From Myxococcales bacterium (lineage in GTDB: Bacteria; Myxococcota_A; UBA9042; JABWCM01; BTVJ01), in the NCBI GenBank assembly GCA_045863395.1, contig BTVJ01000067.1:1-39288 (forward strand): 39,288 bases of DNA. The letters are read 5' to 3'. This document shows positions 8,935-17,971 of this stretch, piece after piece. The position numbers and the translations under genes were made by a program. The notes beneath the pieces are model-generated. The model had not been told where the DNA came from. It saw nothing but the letters and a program-made list of their open reading frames with translations, and did no database searches. Every line of letters starts with the position of its first letter. Position 1 is the stretch's first letter.

Positions 8935-9993
8935 CTACAAGCAGAAGTCCGCGTGGGGAAAGTCGGCGGGCGGCTCGCAGATCCCATCCTTCACGGCGCC
9001 GCAGAGGTCCTTGCAGAGGTCCGGGGTGCCGGCCGGGACGTGCTCCGGGGGGACCCACTTGGCGGTGAACGTCGTGGAGTTTGCGTCGTAGTCCACGGAC
9101 TGGTCGCCGGTGGTCAGCGTTACGCCCTCGAAGGAGAGCGTCCCCTCGATGCGGTCGTTGCCGCCGTCTGCGATCACGAAGCCCTTGAGACGCACGGCCT
9201 TGAGATAGACTGTCAGGGGTCCCACGTAGACCTTCACGTCCACGGGGTCTCCGGTCATGATGCGGTTGTCGCCGTCCCAGTCGAATCGCGAGCTGACGAA
9301 GACCGTGTAGCCCTCCTTCGTGGTGTCGATCTTGAGCTTCGTCGGGTCGTCCGTGTTCTTTGGGGTATCCTTGCCAATCTCGTCCCCCTCGGCGCCGGCA
9401 AAGGCGCCTCGGCCGTCCGGGAGCACGCGGAAGTCCGCCAGCAGGGTCAGCACGGCCGGCAGCGGCTTGTCGATCTGCGCCAGGATCACGTAGATGCCGT
9501 TCTTGAACTCCATGGGGCGTGCCGCCTCACCATCGGCGCCCGCGTCTGCCCCCACGGCCGGCAGCGGAGGCGCAAACTGGAAGTCGAACCACACGGGGAT
9601 GGTCAGCGTGCGGCTTGGCCCTTTCAGCCCCGCGAGCACCTCCAGGACGAGGGGGACGTCCACCTTGCCGGCGCCGTCAGGGTCCAGGACCAGGGTCGCG
9701 GAGAGGCGGTCCTTGGCGACGGTCAGCGTGTTCTTCCCGCATGAGGAGGACGGACGGCATGTGTCGAGCTTGGGCTTGGTCCCGCGCTTGAGCTCCTGCT
9801 CCTGGTCCCGGTCGCCCGCCCACACCCGGACCGCAAGCGTCGCAGCGTCGATGGGCTCGCTGAACTTCAGGACCAACGGCGACCCCAGCTCGAACACCGC
9901 GCCGGCGGGGCGCTCCAGGTCGACGACGGGCGGGGGCTCGTAGGTGCAGGCCACCAGCGCGAGGGCTCCGAAAACGAGTATCAGGCGTGCCAT
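8935..9993 (-). CDS. Lipoprotein with Ig-like (Big_5-type) N-terminal region
   Basis: GAGGAG RBS; lipobox LVAC; LVLKFSEPID motif; 8 nt downstream of the barrel gene. Confidence 0.8.
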   Translation of the reverse strand: MARLILVFGALALVACTYEPPPVVDLERPAGAVFELGSPLVLKFSEPIDAATLAVRVWAGDRDQEQELKRGTKPKLDTCRPSSSCGKNTLTVAKDRLSATLVLDPDGAGKVDVPLVLEVLAGLKGPSRTLTIPVWFDFQFAPPLPAVGADAGADGEAARPMEFKNGIYVILAQIDKPLPAVLTLLADFRVLPDGRGAFAGAEGDEIGKDTPKNTDDPTKLKIDTTKEGYTVFVSSRFDWDGDNRIMTGDPVDVKVYVGPLTVYLKAVRLKGFVIADGGNDRIEGTLSFEGVTLTTGDQSVDYDANSTTFTAKWVPPEHVPAGTPDLCKDLCGAVKDGICEPPADFPHADFCL

Positions 9994-10001
9994 GGCGCTC
10001 C

Positions 10002-11648
10002 TCAAAACACGAACAGGAAGCGGTTCTCCACCAGGAACGAGGTCACCGCGTCGCCGTTCTCGTCCTCCAGACCGTCGCCGGGGAAGAGGACGGCTGCCTC
10101 CACGGTCCAGGTGAACAGGTCGCGGAACGTCCATTGTACTTGGAGGTCCAGCTCCGTTCCATAGTAGGAGCCGGGCTTGCCGCCGTGGAAGTTGACCGCG
10201 TCGTCGTCGATGCGGTCCCCGTCCTCGGCCAGGATGGTCGTGATCGGATCCACCACCCCTGCCTCCGGCCACGCGAACAGCGCCCCGAAGCGCACGTGCA
10301 GCCAGTGGTGGGGGCCTTGCAGAGCGTCGACCTTCACCTGGGGGAACAGCGCGTAGGCGTTGGTGAAGCGGCCCTCCGTGGACACCTCGGTCAGCGGAAA
10401 GGACGGCGCGTTGAGCTGGCGCAGGTTCTCGATGCCCACCGCGGCCGAGCGCGCCGACTCGAAGGCCAGGATGTGGTCGAAGAGCAGGAGCCCCACGTTG
10501 GTGTCCCGCGCGAAGGTGAAGGTGGTCAGCGCCGAGCGGGAGCGGGGGTCTGCGTCGCCCGTGGCGAAGTCGAACTCCAGGGTGGCGGTCACCGGGTCGA
10601 GCAGCACGTCGATGACCGCCGAGGCGCCCATGGCGAGCACGTCCTGGCGGCCGGGTGGCTTGCTGGAGAGGACGGCGAAGCCCTCGGAGACCTCCCGGGT
10701 GCCGCCCGTAAAGATCGAGTACTGGAGGTCGAGCGCCACGGGCCCGATGGTCGCCTTTGCGCGGAGCGGGAACGCCCAGATGGCCGTGTCGAAGTCGTCG
10801 GCGAACTTGTGGACCATCAGGGCTGACACCAGCAGCTCCTTCCACTCGACGCCGAGCCAGTCCGCCTCCCGCACCCGCCACTGGAGCCCCGCGGTGATCT
10901 GGTTCAGATCGTCGTCGGTGGCGTGGATGTCGTCCTGCACCTGCCAGTCCCAGGCGAAGATCAGGAAGACCCCGTTGTCCGCGGACGCGTCGGCCACGTG
11001 GTCGTCCTCGGTCAGGAGCTTGATCGCCTCGTCGAGCTTGGTGGCGAACAGCACCCGGTCGCCCACCTCGCTGTAGGTGCTCACTCCCCAGCGGTTGGTG
11101 CGGCTCCCGTCGTGGGCAGAGATCGACGCGCCGGCGGTCACCGGCTGGCGGCCCACCCGCAGGAGCCCGAACGGCAGGTACACGTCGCCATAGGCGTGGT
11201 TCACGCGGATGGGCTCGATGGGGACGAGCGCCGGCGCGTAGCTGTCGGCGTTCAGCGGGTCGCGGCCAGAGATCAAGCCGATGTCCCATCCGGCCGAGTT
11301 GGGGGCACGGGAGGTGACCGCGAGGCCCGAGACCGGCTTCGGGTCCTTGCCGAAGTCGCCGTTGTCGCCGAAGAGCACGCCGTCGACCAGGTCGAGCTGG
11401 ACCGTAACACCGCCCACCTTCGGCCACTTGAAGCCCAGGTCCAGGCGCAGGCGCTGCTCCGTCCACTTTGCGTCCTGGACCTCCGTGCCGCTCAGGTCGA
11501 AGGGGTCCACGTAGAGGGTGCGCACGCGGTACTCGGCGCCGAGGACGAGCCACTCGGGGATGGTCTCCTTCTTCCACTCTGCGAGCTGAGCGCGGGCAGG
11601 CATGGCGAGGGCGACCAGGGCGCAGGCGAGCAGGGCTCGGGTGGTCAT
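10002..11648 (-). CDS. Outer-membrane beta-barrel protein (alginate-export-like porin)
   Basis: Signal peptide MTTRALLACALVALAMPARA; amphipathic beta strands; LRVGRQ, DFATGD and YGTELDL motifs; C-terminal Phe (NRFLFVF). Confidence 0.8.
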   Translation of the reverse strand: MTTRALLACALVALAMPARAQLAEWKKETIPEWLVLGAEYRVRTLYVDPFDLSGTEVQDAKWTEQRLRLDLGFKWPKVGGVTVQLDLVDGVLFGDNGDFGKDPKPVSGLAVTSRAPNSAGWDIGLISGRDPLNADSYAPALVPIEPIRVNHAYGDVYLPFGLLRVGRQPVTAGASISAHDGSRTNRWGVSTYSEVGDRVLFATKLDEAIKLLTEDDHVADASADNGVFLIFAWDWQVQDDIHATDDDLNQITAGLQWRVREADWLGVEWKELLVSALMVHKFADDFDTAIWAFPLRAKATIGPVALDLQYSIFTGGTREVSEGFAVLSSKPPGRQDVLAMGASAVIDVLLDPVTATLEFDFATGDADPRSRSALTTFTFARDTNVGLLLFDHILAFESARSAAVGIENLRQLNAPSFPLTEVSTEGRFTNAYALFPQVKVDALQGPHHWLHVRFGALFAWPEAGVVDPITTILAEDGDRIDDDAVNFHGGKPGSYYGTELDLQVQWTFRDLFTWTVEAAVLFPGDGLEDENGDAVTSFLVENRFLFVF

Positions 11649-11739
11649 GGGGTGCGTCCTCTCGGGGGTCGGGTTGCGGGTGGACCGTAGCATCGGTGGC
11701 GGCGCTTGAACAGGCCCCAGGGAGCGGCGACGTAACTCG

Positions 11740-11767
11740 TGGACACGCTCCCCCCGCCGCGTACAAT
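11740..11767 (+). promoter_or_regulatory. Putative sigma70 promoter of the RluA-family gene (near-leaderless)
   Basis: TGGACA-N16-TACAAT, 8 nt before ATG 11776. Confidence 0.5.
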
Positions 11768-11775
11768 GCCGCGCC

Positions 11776-12699
11776 ATGAGCGAGACCCCACGAGACGATG
11801 CATGGACCGTCGCGGAGGAGGCGCTGCTGGCGCCCTTCCTGCGCGAGCAGCTCCCCGGCCAGGCGTACAACGCCATCAAGCGCATGGTGACCACCGGTAA
11901 GATCACCGTGAACGGCGCCGCCGAGACGCGGCCCACGGCGAAGCTGCGCCCTGGCGCTCTGGTAGCCCTCCACATGGCCACGCCCCGCGCCACCGACCGC
12001 CCGTCGGTGCGCATCGTCTACGAGGACCCCCACGTGGTGGTCATCGACAAGCCGTCCGGGGTGAGCAGCGTCCCCTACCACGAGGGGGAGCGCGCGACGG
12101 CCATCGATCTCATCCGCGACGCCTGGCGCAAGCGCGGCATCTCCGAGCAGGGGCCGCTCCACGTGGTGCACCGCATCGACAAGGAGACCTCGGGGCTCCT
12201 GGTGTTCGCGCGCACCAAGCTGGCAGAGCGGGTGCTTCAGACCCAGCTCCGGGCCCACGAGATGGACCGCGTCTACCGCTGCGTGGTGCACGGGGAGGCG
12301 AAGAGCACCCGCATCGAGTCCGTGCTGGTCGACGACCGGGGCGATGGGCTGCGCGGGACGGCGCGCACCGCGGAGCAGCGGCGGCGCGGCAAGCGCGCGG
12401 TGACCCACGTGACCGCCATCCGGACCTTTGCGTGCTGCACCGAGTGCGAGGTGCGCCTGGAGACGGGCAAGACCCACCAGATCCGCATCCACCTGAGCGA
12501 GCTGGGCCACCCGCTGGTGGGAGAGAAGGTCTACATCCGGGATTGGGCACGCGATGGCCACGCCGCGGTCCCATCGCCGCGGCTCCTGCTCCACGCGGCG
12601 ACGCTCGGCTTCGTCCACCCGGTAGGCGGCCACACCGTGTCGCTGTCATCGGAGCTGCCCCAGGACTGGCTTTCGGCGGTGGCGGCCATCGGTGGTTGA
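11776..12699 (+). CDS. RluA/RluD-family RNA pseudouridine synthase
   Basis: S4-like N-terminus; IDKPSG, HRIDKETSG (catalytic Asp), LETGKTHQIR, GHPLVGE and LLHA motifs. Confidence 0.95.
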   Translation: MSETPRDDAWTVAEEALLAPFLREQLPGQAYNAIKRMVTTGKITVNGAAETRPTAKLRPGALVALHMATPRATDRPSVRIVYEDPHVVVIDKPSGVSSVPYHEGERATAIDLIRDAWRKRGISEQGPLHVVHRIDKETSGLLVFARTKLAERVLQTQLRAHEMDRVYRCVVHGEAKSTRIESVLVDDRGDGLRGTARTAEQRRRGKRAVTHVTAIRTFACCTECEVRLETGKTHQIRIHLSELGHPLVGEKVYIRDWARDGHAAVPSPRLLLHAATLGFVHPVGGHTVSLSSELPQDWLSAVAAIGG

Positions 12700-12744
12700 C
12701 GAGAGGGGGCGGCTCGTGCGGGAATGCACGCCCGGAGGAAGGCC

Positions 12745-15700
12745 ATGAAGCGGATCATCGTGCTCGCCGTGCTGCTCGGGGCCTGCGCCGGGGACCCTCC
12801 GGCTGGGCTGGCGCCCACGAAGCGCGCCGGCGGCCCCGTCGTTCGCTGGGACCTCCAACACAAGCCGCTGCCCGAGATCCCGCTGCCCAACGACGCGGCG
12901 ACCCGCCTCGACCCCACCTCGCCGACGGGGCGGCGCGTCAACGTCAGCCTGCTGGCGACGACCTTCCTGGAGTCGGACCTGCGCGCCAAGGCGGACCGCC
13001 TGACCGGCTTCGGGATCTTCATGCCGCTGACGGTCGGCTTCGACAAGCCGCTGGATCTGGCAAACATCATCGAGCGCCAGTCCACCACGGACGTGGCCGA
13101 CGACGTTGCGTGGCTGGTCAACATCGACGAGCAGTCTCCAGGCTTCGGGGAGCGCATCCCGCTCGACTTCGGCGGGGGCGCCTTCCCGCTGGTGTTGGAG
13201 AAGACCAACAACTACTTCGACAACGACCCCCGCAGCGACTCCATGAACCTGCTGTTCGAGGCCGTGCAGGAGGACCGCAACTGCAACGGCACCCTCGACC
13301 CGGGGGAGGACACGGACAACGATGGCAAGCTCGACCGGCCCAACGTCCATGGGCTGGAGTGGCACGAGGACGCCAACTGCAATGGCAAGCTCGACCCGGG
13401 CGAGGACTGGGATTGCGACGGCGAGCTGGACAGCAATCTGGACATCGTGGACGGGCTCCACGAGGACATGAACTGCAACGGGGTGCTGGATGTCGGGGAG
13501 GACGTGGACTGCGACGGCGCCCTGGACAAGGCGACGGGGGCGCTGACGCCGGCGGCCGGCGACACCAACGGGGACCTGATCCTGGATGAAGGGGAGACGT
13601 GGAGCTGCGCTGCTGTGGTCGCCGGTGCGCCCGAGCTCGCGCGCGGTCGCCGGGACGCCGCGCTGGCCGACCACCTGACCACGTTCTACGAGCAGGAGAC
13701 CGACACGCTGGTCATGCGCCCGATCATGCCGCTGCGGGAGCACACCACCTACGCCGCGCTCCTGACGAAGCGCCTCGTGGGGCGAGACGGCAAGCCCGTG
13801 GAGTCGCCCTTCCCGCAGACCAGCCACGCGGCGCAGACGCCGGCCCTCGCTGCCCTGCCCGCGGCGGCAAAGAAGGCGGGGATCAGCGTCGGAGACGTGG
13901 TCTTCGCGTGGACCTACACGACCGGGTCCGTCACGTGGGAGATGGAGGCCATCCGGGCGGGCCTGTACGGCCACGGTCCCTTCGCGCGGCTGGCGGACGA
14001 GTTCCCCGTGGAGACCTTCCTCCTCGACCGGCTCCGCGACGACAACGATCCCCAGGCCTTCATCGCGCGCTACGCGGACTTCGAGGCGCCCCTCGGCCTG
14101 CTGGCGGTGGCCGACGGCCTGGGCTCGGGCGCCCTCCCCTACCTGGACTCGGTGAGCCACCTCGTCGTCGGCACCTTCCAGTCTCCGTATTTCCTCGTGG
14201 ACAGGAATGGCCTCGCCATGGACGGCTACCCGGCGGACGACGACGAGGTGTTCGACATGGACGCCACGACCGGCGAGGCGCGGGTGGGCCCCGGGACCGT
14301 CACCTTCTGGTGCGCCATCCCGAAGACGGTGCCGGGGCTCCACGAGCAGCCCTTCCCCGTGGAGATCTTCGGCCACGGTTACGGGTCGAGCAAGTTCGAG
14401 GTCCTGCCCCAGATGGGGCGCATGGCGAAGTTCGGCATCGCAGCGTGCGCCCTGGACGCGGTGGGCCACGGGACGGGGCCCGCCGCGGAGGGGACCATCG
14501 ATCTCGGCAGCGGAGAGCAGAAGATCCGCGACGTTGCCTACTCCTTCTTCCACCAGGTGCAGCTCGGCAACTTCGTCCTCGCGGCGCTCAAGGGGCGCGA
14601 CCGCGACCTGGACAACGACGGCATCGGGGACCCAGGCGGAGACTTCTGGACCGCGGACACGTTCCACACCCGCGACATCGTGCGCCAGTCCGTCGTGGAC
14701 CACCTGCAGTTCGTGCGCATGGTGCGGGCCTTCGACGGGACGCGCACGTCGGCGCAGGACACCAACGGCGACGGCTTCGGCGACCTGCTCGGCGACTTCG
14801 ACGGGGACGGGGTCGTGGACATGGGCGGCCCTGGGGTGAAGTACGCCATGTGGGGCAGCTCCCTCGGGGGCATCCTGACCGGCATCCTGGCGGGCCTGGA
14901 GCCGGCGCTGGATGCCGCGGCGTCACATGCTGGCGGGGCGGGTCTGCTGGACATCGCGCTGCGCAGCCGCCAGGGGGGCGTGCCGGAGGCGGTGTTCCTG
15001 CCGCTGTTGGGGCCCATCGTGTCCTTCAACCCGGTGCCGGAGACCAACCCGGCGCAGACCGAGCTGACCATGCTGGTCAACAACGTCGCGCGGACGGGCA
15101 CCTACGCCATCGCGCGCACGACGGCCATCGCGCCCGGCGACCGAGTCGTCCTGAAGAACCTCCGCAACGGCGAGGTGCGGGAGGCCACGGTGCCCGGGAA
15201 CCGGCGCTTCCGGCTGGCCGTGGCGGCGGATGCGCTGAGCGCCACCCAGAAGCGGCGCCTGCTGGGGTACGGGCCGGCGCCCCACGCGGACGACGCGCTG
15301 GTACCGGGGGCGCCGCAGGGCGTGGCCGCAGAGCCCTCGGCGCTCCCCGTCCCCAAGGACCCCGCGGAGCTCGGCGATCCCTTGCTTGTCGAGATCTGGG
15401 GCCCCGGAGGCACGGCGCCCAAGAAGGTCATCGACACCTTCGGCCTCGACGTGGCCTTCCAGGGGGCGCTGCACCCGGCAGGGTCACCGCTGGTCGCGCT
15501 GTCCAGCGGCTTCGGGTTCCAGCGCAACTCCCCGGAGCTGCGGCGGTTCACGGGCATCGCGTCCATGATCCTCCAGTCGGCGGACCCGGTCGGCTACGCC
15601 CCCCACTACTGGCGCGAGCCGCTGAAGTTCCCCTACGACGACGCGACGCCGGGCGCCAACATGCTGGTGCTGCCCATGAGCGGGGACATGAACGTGCCCG

Positions 15701-16269
15701 TCAATACCGAGATCATGATGGCGGTCGCCGCCGGGACCGTGACCCACGAGGGCAAGGACCCGCGCTACGGCAAGAGCCAGCTCCAGATGCTCATCGACAA
15801 CCACGTCATGGAGGGGCTGGAGCGCCTGTGGCGCTTCGACTTCCAGGTGGACATCGACGCGGACAAGGACTGCGAGCTCGAGGGGAGCGTCCGCAGGCTC
15901 GGGAGCTTCGACGCCGACGACGTGGACGAGGGGACCAGCGAGTACCACGCACCGAGCCCGGAGCTGCCGCTGCGGGCGACCGTGACCAGCGCCGGTGGCA
16001 AGGCGCCGGAGAAGGCCCGGTACTGCAACGAGTCGGACAAGCTCTGCGGAGACATCCTGAGCGCCAAGGGCGGCCTCAACGCCATGCGCATCGCCTACAC
16101 GTCGCCCGAAGGCGCCCACGACCTGCCCGACCCCAACCCGTGCCGCAAGTTCGACGTGGCGGCGTACTACTTCAACCTGGTCGCGTACTGGTTCCACACG
16201 GGCGGCACGGTGCTGCCAGACCACCTGTGCCTCGCGCGGGAGTCCTGCGAGTTCTTCCCCTGGGAGTGA
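12745..16269 (+). CDS. Large lipoprotein alpha/beta-hydrolase (lipase/esterase-like) with DxNxNG Ca-binding repeats
   Basis: Lipobox LGAC; IPLPND N-terminal module; FGHGYGS oxyanion motif; GSSLGG nucleophile elbow; late GAH. Confidence 0.8.
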   Translation: MKRIIVLAVLLGACAGDPPAGLAPTKRAGGPVVRWDLQHKPLPEIPLPNDAATRLDPTSPTGRRVNVSLLATTFLESDLRAKADRLTGFGIFMPLTVGFDKPLDLANIIERQSTTDVADDVAWLVNIDEQSPGFGERIPLDFGGGAFPLVLEKTNNYFDNDPRSDSMNLLFEAVQEDRNCNGTLDPGEDTDNDGKLDRPNVHGLEWHEDANCNGKLDPGEDWDCDGELDSNLDIVDGLHEDMNCNGVLDVGEDVDCDGALDKATGALTPAAGDTNGDLILDEGETWSCAAVVAGAPELARGRRDAALADHLTTFYEQETDTLVMRPIMPLREHTTYAALLTKRLVGRDGKPVESPFPQTSHAAQTPALAALPAAAKKAGISVGDVVFAWTYTTGSVTWEMEAIRAGLYGHGPFARLADEFPVETFLLDRLRDDNDPQAFIARYADFEAPLGLLAVADGLGSGALPYLDSVSHLVVGTFQSPYFLVDRNGLAMDGYPADDDEVFDMDATTGEARVGPGTVTFWCAIPKTVPGLHEQPFPVEIFGHGYGSSKFEVLPQMGRMAKFGIAACALDAVGHGTGPAAEGTIDLGSGEQKIRDVAYSFFHQVQLGNFVLAALKGRDRDLDNDGIGDPGGDFWTADTFHTRDIVRQSVVDHLQFVRMVRAFDGTRTSAQDTNGDGFGDLLGDFDGDGVVDMGGPGVKYAMWGSSLGGILTGILAGLEPALDAAASHAGGAGLLDIALRSRQGGVPEAVFLPLLGPIVSFNPVPETNPAQTELTMLVNNVARTGTYAIARTTAIAPGDRVVLKNLRNGEVREATVPGNRRFRLAVAADALSATQKRRLLGYGPAPHADDALVPGAPQGVAAEPSALPVPKDPAELGDPLLVEIWGPGGTAPKKVIDTFGLDVAFQGALHPAGSPLVALSSGFGFQRNSPELRRFTGIASMILQSADPVGYAPHYWREPLKFPYDDATPGANMLVLPMSGDMNVPVNTEIMMAVAAGTVTHEGKDPRYGKSQLQMLIDNHVMEGLERLWRFDFQVDIDADKDCELEGSVRRLGSFDADDVDEGTSEYHAPSPELPLRATVTSAGGKAPEKARYCNESDKLCGDILSAKGGLNAMRIAYTSPEGAHDLPDPNPCRKFDVAAYYFNLVAYWFHTGGTVLPDHLCLARESCEFFPWE

Positions 16270-16372
16270 CCGCGACTCGTCGCACCCTCCAGGGGAATCC
16301 CGCCGCACCCCACCGCGTTGGGCATGCTCCCGCGGGAGCTGACCCGCGGACACGAACCAAGGAGACATCGAG

Positions 16373-17086
16373 ATGGACGACGGTATGGGCAGGCGGGCGG
16401 CGCTGGGGCTCATGGCGGGCGCGGCGGTGACGCTGGCGGCGCGAGGCGGGGCGGCGCGGACCATGGTCGAGGTCGAGGTGCAAGCGCCGCGGGAGTACAC
16501 GCTGGCGCCGCTTCCCTACGCCACGAACGCCCTCGACGGCTACCTCAGCGCCGAGATCCTGGAGCTGCACCACGGCAAGCACCACGCCGGCTACGTCAAG
16601 GGCCTCAACGACACGCTCGCGGCCCTGACCGAGGCTCGCGCCAAGGGAGACTACGCGACCATCAAGCACCTGGAGCGGCAGCTCGCGTTCCACGGGGCCG
16701 GCCACGTGCTCCACACCCTGTACTGGGAGAGCATGAGCCCCAAGGGCGGCGGCCAGCCCACAGGGGCGCTGGCGAAGGCCATCACGGAGGGCTTCGGCAG
16801 CGCCGACGCCTTCCGCGCCCACTTCGCGGCGGCGACCAAGGCCGCGGAGGCGAGTGGCTGGGGCATCCTGGCGTGGGAGCCCCTGGGCAAGCGCCTCGTC
16901 ATCCTGGCCGCGGAGAGCCACCAGCAGATGGGCCTGCCCGGCGCCGTCCCCCTGCTGGCGTGTGACGTCTGGGAGCACGCCTACTACCTGCGCTACAAGA
17001 GCGACCGTGGCACCTACGTGGACCGCTTCTTCGACGTCATCGACTGGCGCGGGGCGGGGGCGCGGTTCGACGCCTGCCGGACGTAG
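16373..17086 (+). CDS. sod: Fe/Mn superoxide dismutase with Tat-like leader
   Basis: LPY...HHGKHHAGYV, GHVLHTLYW, SGWG and DVWEHAYY motifs; AAGGAG RBS; N-terminal GRRAALGL. Confidence 0.93.
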   Translation: MDDGMGRRAALGLMAGAAVTLAARGGAARTMVEVEVQAPREYTLAPLPYATNALDGYLSAEILELHHGKHHAGYVKGLNDTLAALTEARAKGDYATIKHLERQLAFHGAGHVLHTLYWESMSPKGGGQPTGALAKAITEGFGSADAFRAHFAAATKAAEASGWGILAWEPLGKRLVILAAESHQQMGLPGAVPLLACDVWEHAYYLRYKSDRGTYVDRFFDVIDWRGAGARFDACRT

Positions 17087-17088
17087 AG

Positions 17089-17766
17089 CTACTGGGGAGA
17101 GGCTGCGGAGACACGGCGCCGGGCGTACCTGACCACGTAGGCGAGCTGGTCGCCCGACTCGGGGCCACAGCGGCGCACCTGGCGAAAGGTCTCGATGGCG
17201 TCGATGGGGTCCGCCCCTTGCGCCACGAGGATGCACGCAGCGAGCAGGCCCGTCCTGCCGCAGCCCAACGCGCAGTGCACGAGCACGGCCTCTCCGGCTT
17301 GGAGCGCCGCGACCGTGTCATCGACGAGGGCCTCGAAGGCCGCGTCGTTGCCGGGCGCCTCGTAGTCCACGATGCCGTGGAGGATGAAGCCGTCGCCCCA
17401 GCGCGCCCGGGCGGCGGCCTCGTAGCCGGGGCTGCCGAGCAGGTCTCCGAGATCCAGGGAGGGGACGAGGCAGATCACGCGGTGGAGCCCCCAGAGGCGC
17501 AGGGCGTCCAGGCGCGGCCCACAGTCCGGCCCGTAGCCCGGGCTCGGCCCCGCGTAGAGGCGGCCTGCGACCCCGGGGACCGGGATGCTCACCATGCTGT
17601 AGAGGCGCGCTCCGTCGGCGTTGCGGATCTCGACGAGGTGCGCGTCGGCTACCGGCCCCCGGGGCGCGGGCCCCAGGCGGGCGAGGCGCGGCTCGGACCG
17701 ATGGACGGCGGCGAGCTCGCCGCGCACGGACAGCGACGGCATGAGGGTTGTGGCGTCATGGAGCAT
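17089..17766 (-). CDS. Cys-based protein tyrosine/dual-specificity phosphatase
   Basis: VHCALGCGRTG (CX5R), IVDYEAP general-acid loop, PESGDQ. The start is chosen from promoter context. Confidence 0.88.
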   Translation of the reverse strand: MLHDATTLMPSLSVRGELAAVHRSEPRLARLGPAPRGPVADAHLVEIRNADGARLYSMVSIPVPGVAGRLYAGPSPGYGPDCGPRLDALRLWGLHRVICLVPSLDLGDLLGSPGYEAAARARWGDGFILHGIVDYEAPGNDAAFEALVDDTVAALQAGEAVLVHCALGCGRTGLLAACILVAQGADPIDAIETFRQVRRCGPESGDQLAYVVRYARRRVSAASPQ

Positions 17767-17772
17767 TGACGC

Positions 17773-17809
17773 ACCATAAGAGATGATGTGGCCCGCCCGC
17801 AACATCATC
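17773..17809 (-). promoter_or_regulatory. Promoter (TTGCGG-N18-TATGGT) overlapped by inverted repeat GATGATGT-N12-ACATCATC
   Basis: The -35 lies at 17797-17802 and the -10 at 17773-17778, 6 nt before ATG 17766; the perfect 8-bp arms are 17782-17789 and 17802-17809. Confidence 0.5.
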
Positions 17810-17971
17810 CGGGTTGGTGGAGAGTCGCGCCCCAAGTCGGCCTTCCGGGTCCGCATCGGGCCCGGCGTGAGCACGTCGGTTGCTGCTCCACGAGCCCTTC
17901 GTTCCTGTCCGGACAATCAGTTCTCAGACTGCGTTTCGCACATTTCAGAGTTCAGCGGGGAGCGGGGCGTC

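Noticed and set aside
8935..12633. 1232-aa ORF as a single giant protein
   Set aside because: Only the last 352 aa (from ATG 9993, with RBS and lipobox) are protein-like. The rest overlaps the barrel and RluA genes and is a high-GC shadow frame.
13599..16430. Long alternative-frame and antisense ORFs (also 3992-5854, 17952-19940, 22152-24335 and others)
   Set aside because: They are Arg/Pro/Gly-rich shadow ORFs expected from GC3 bias over real genes.
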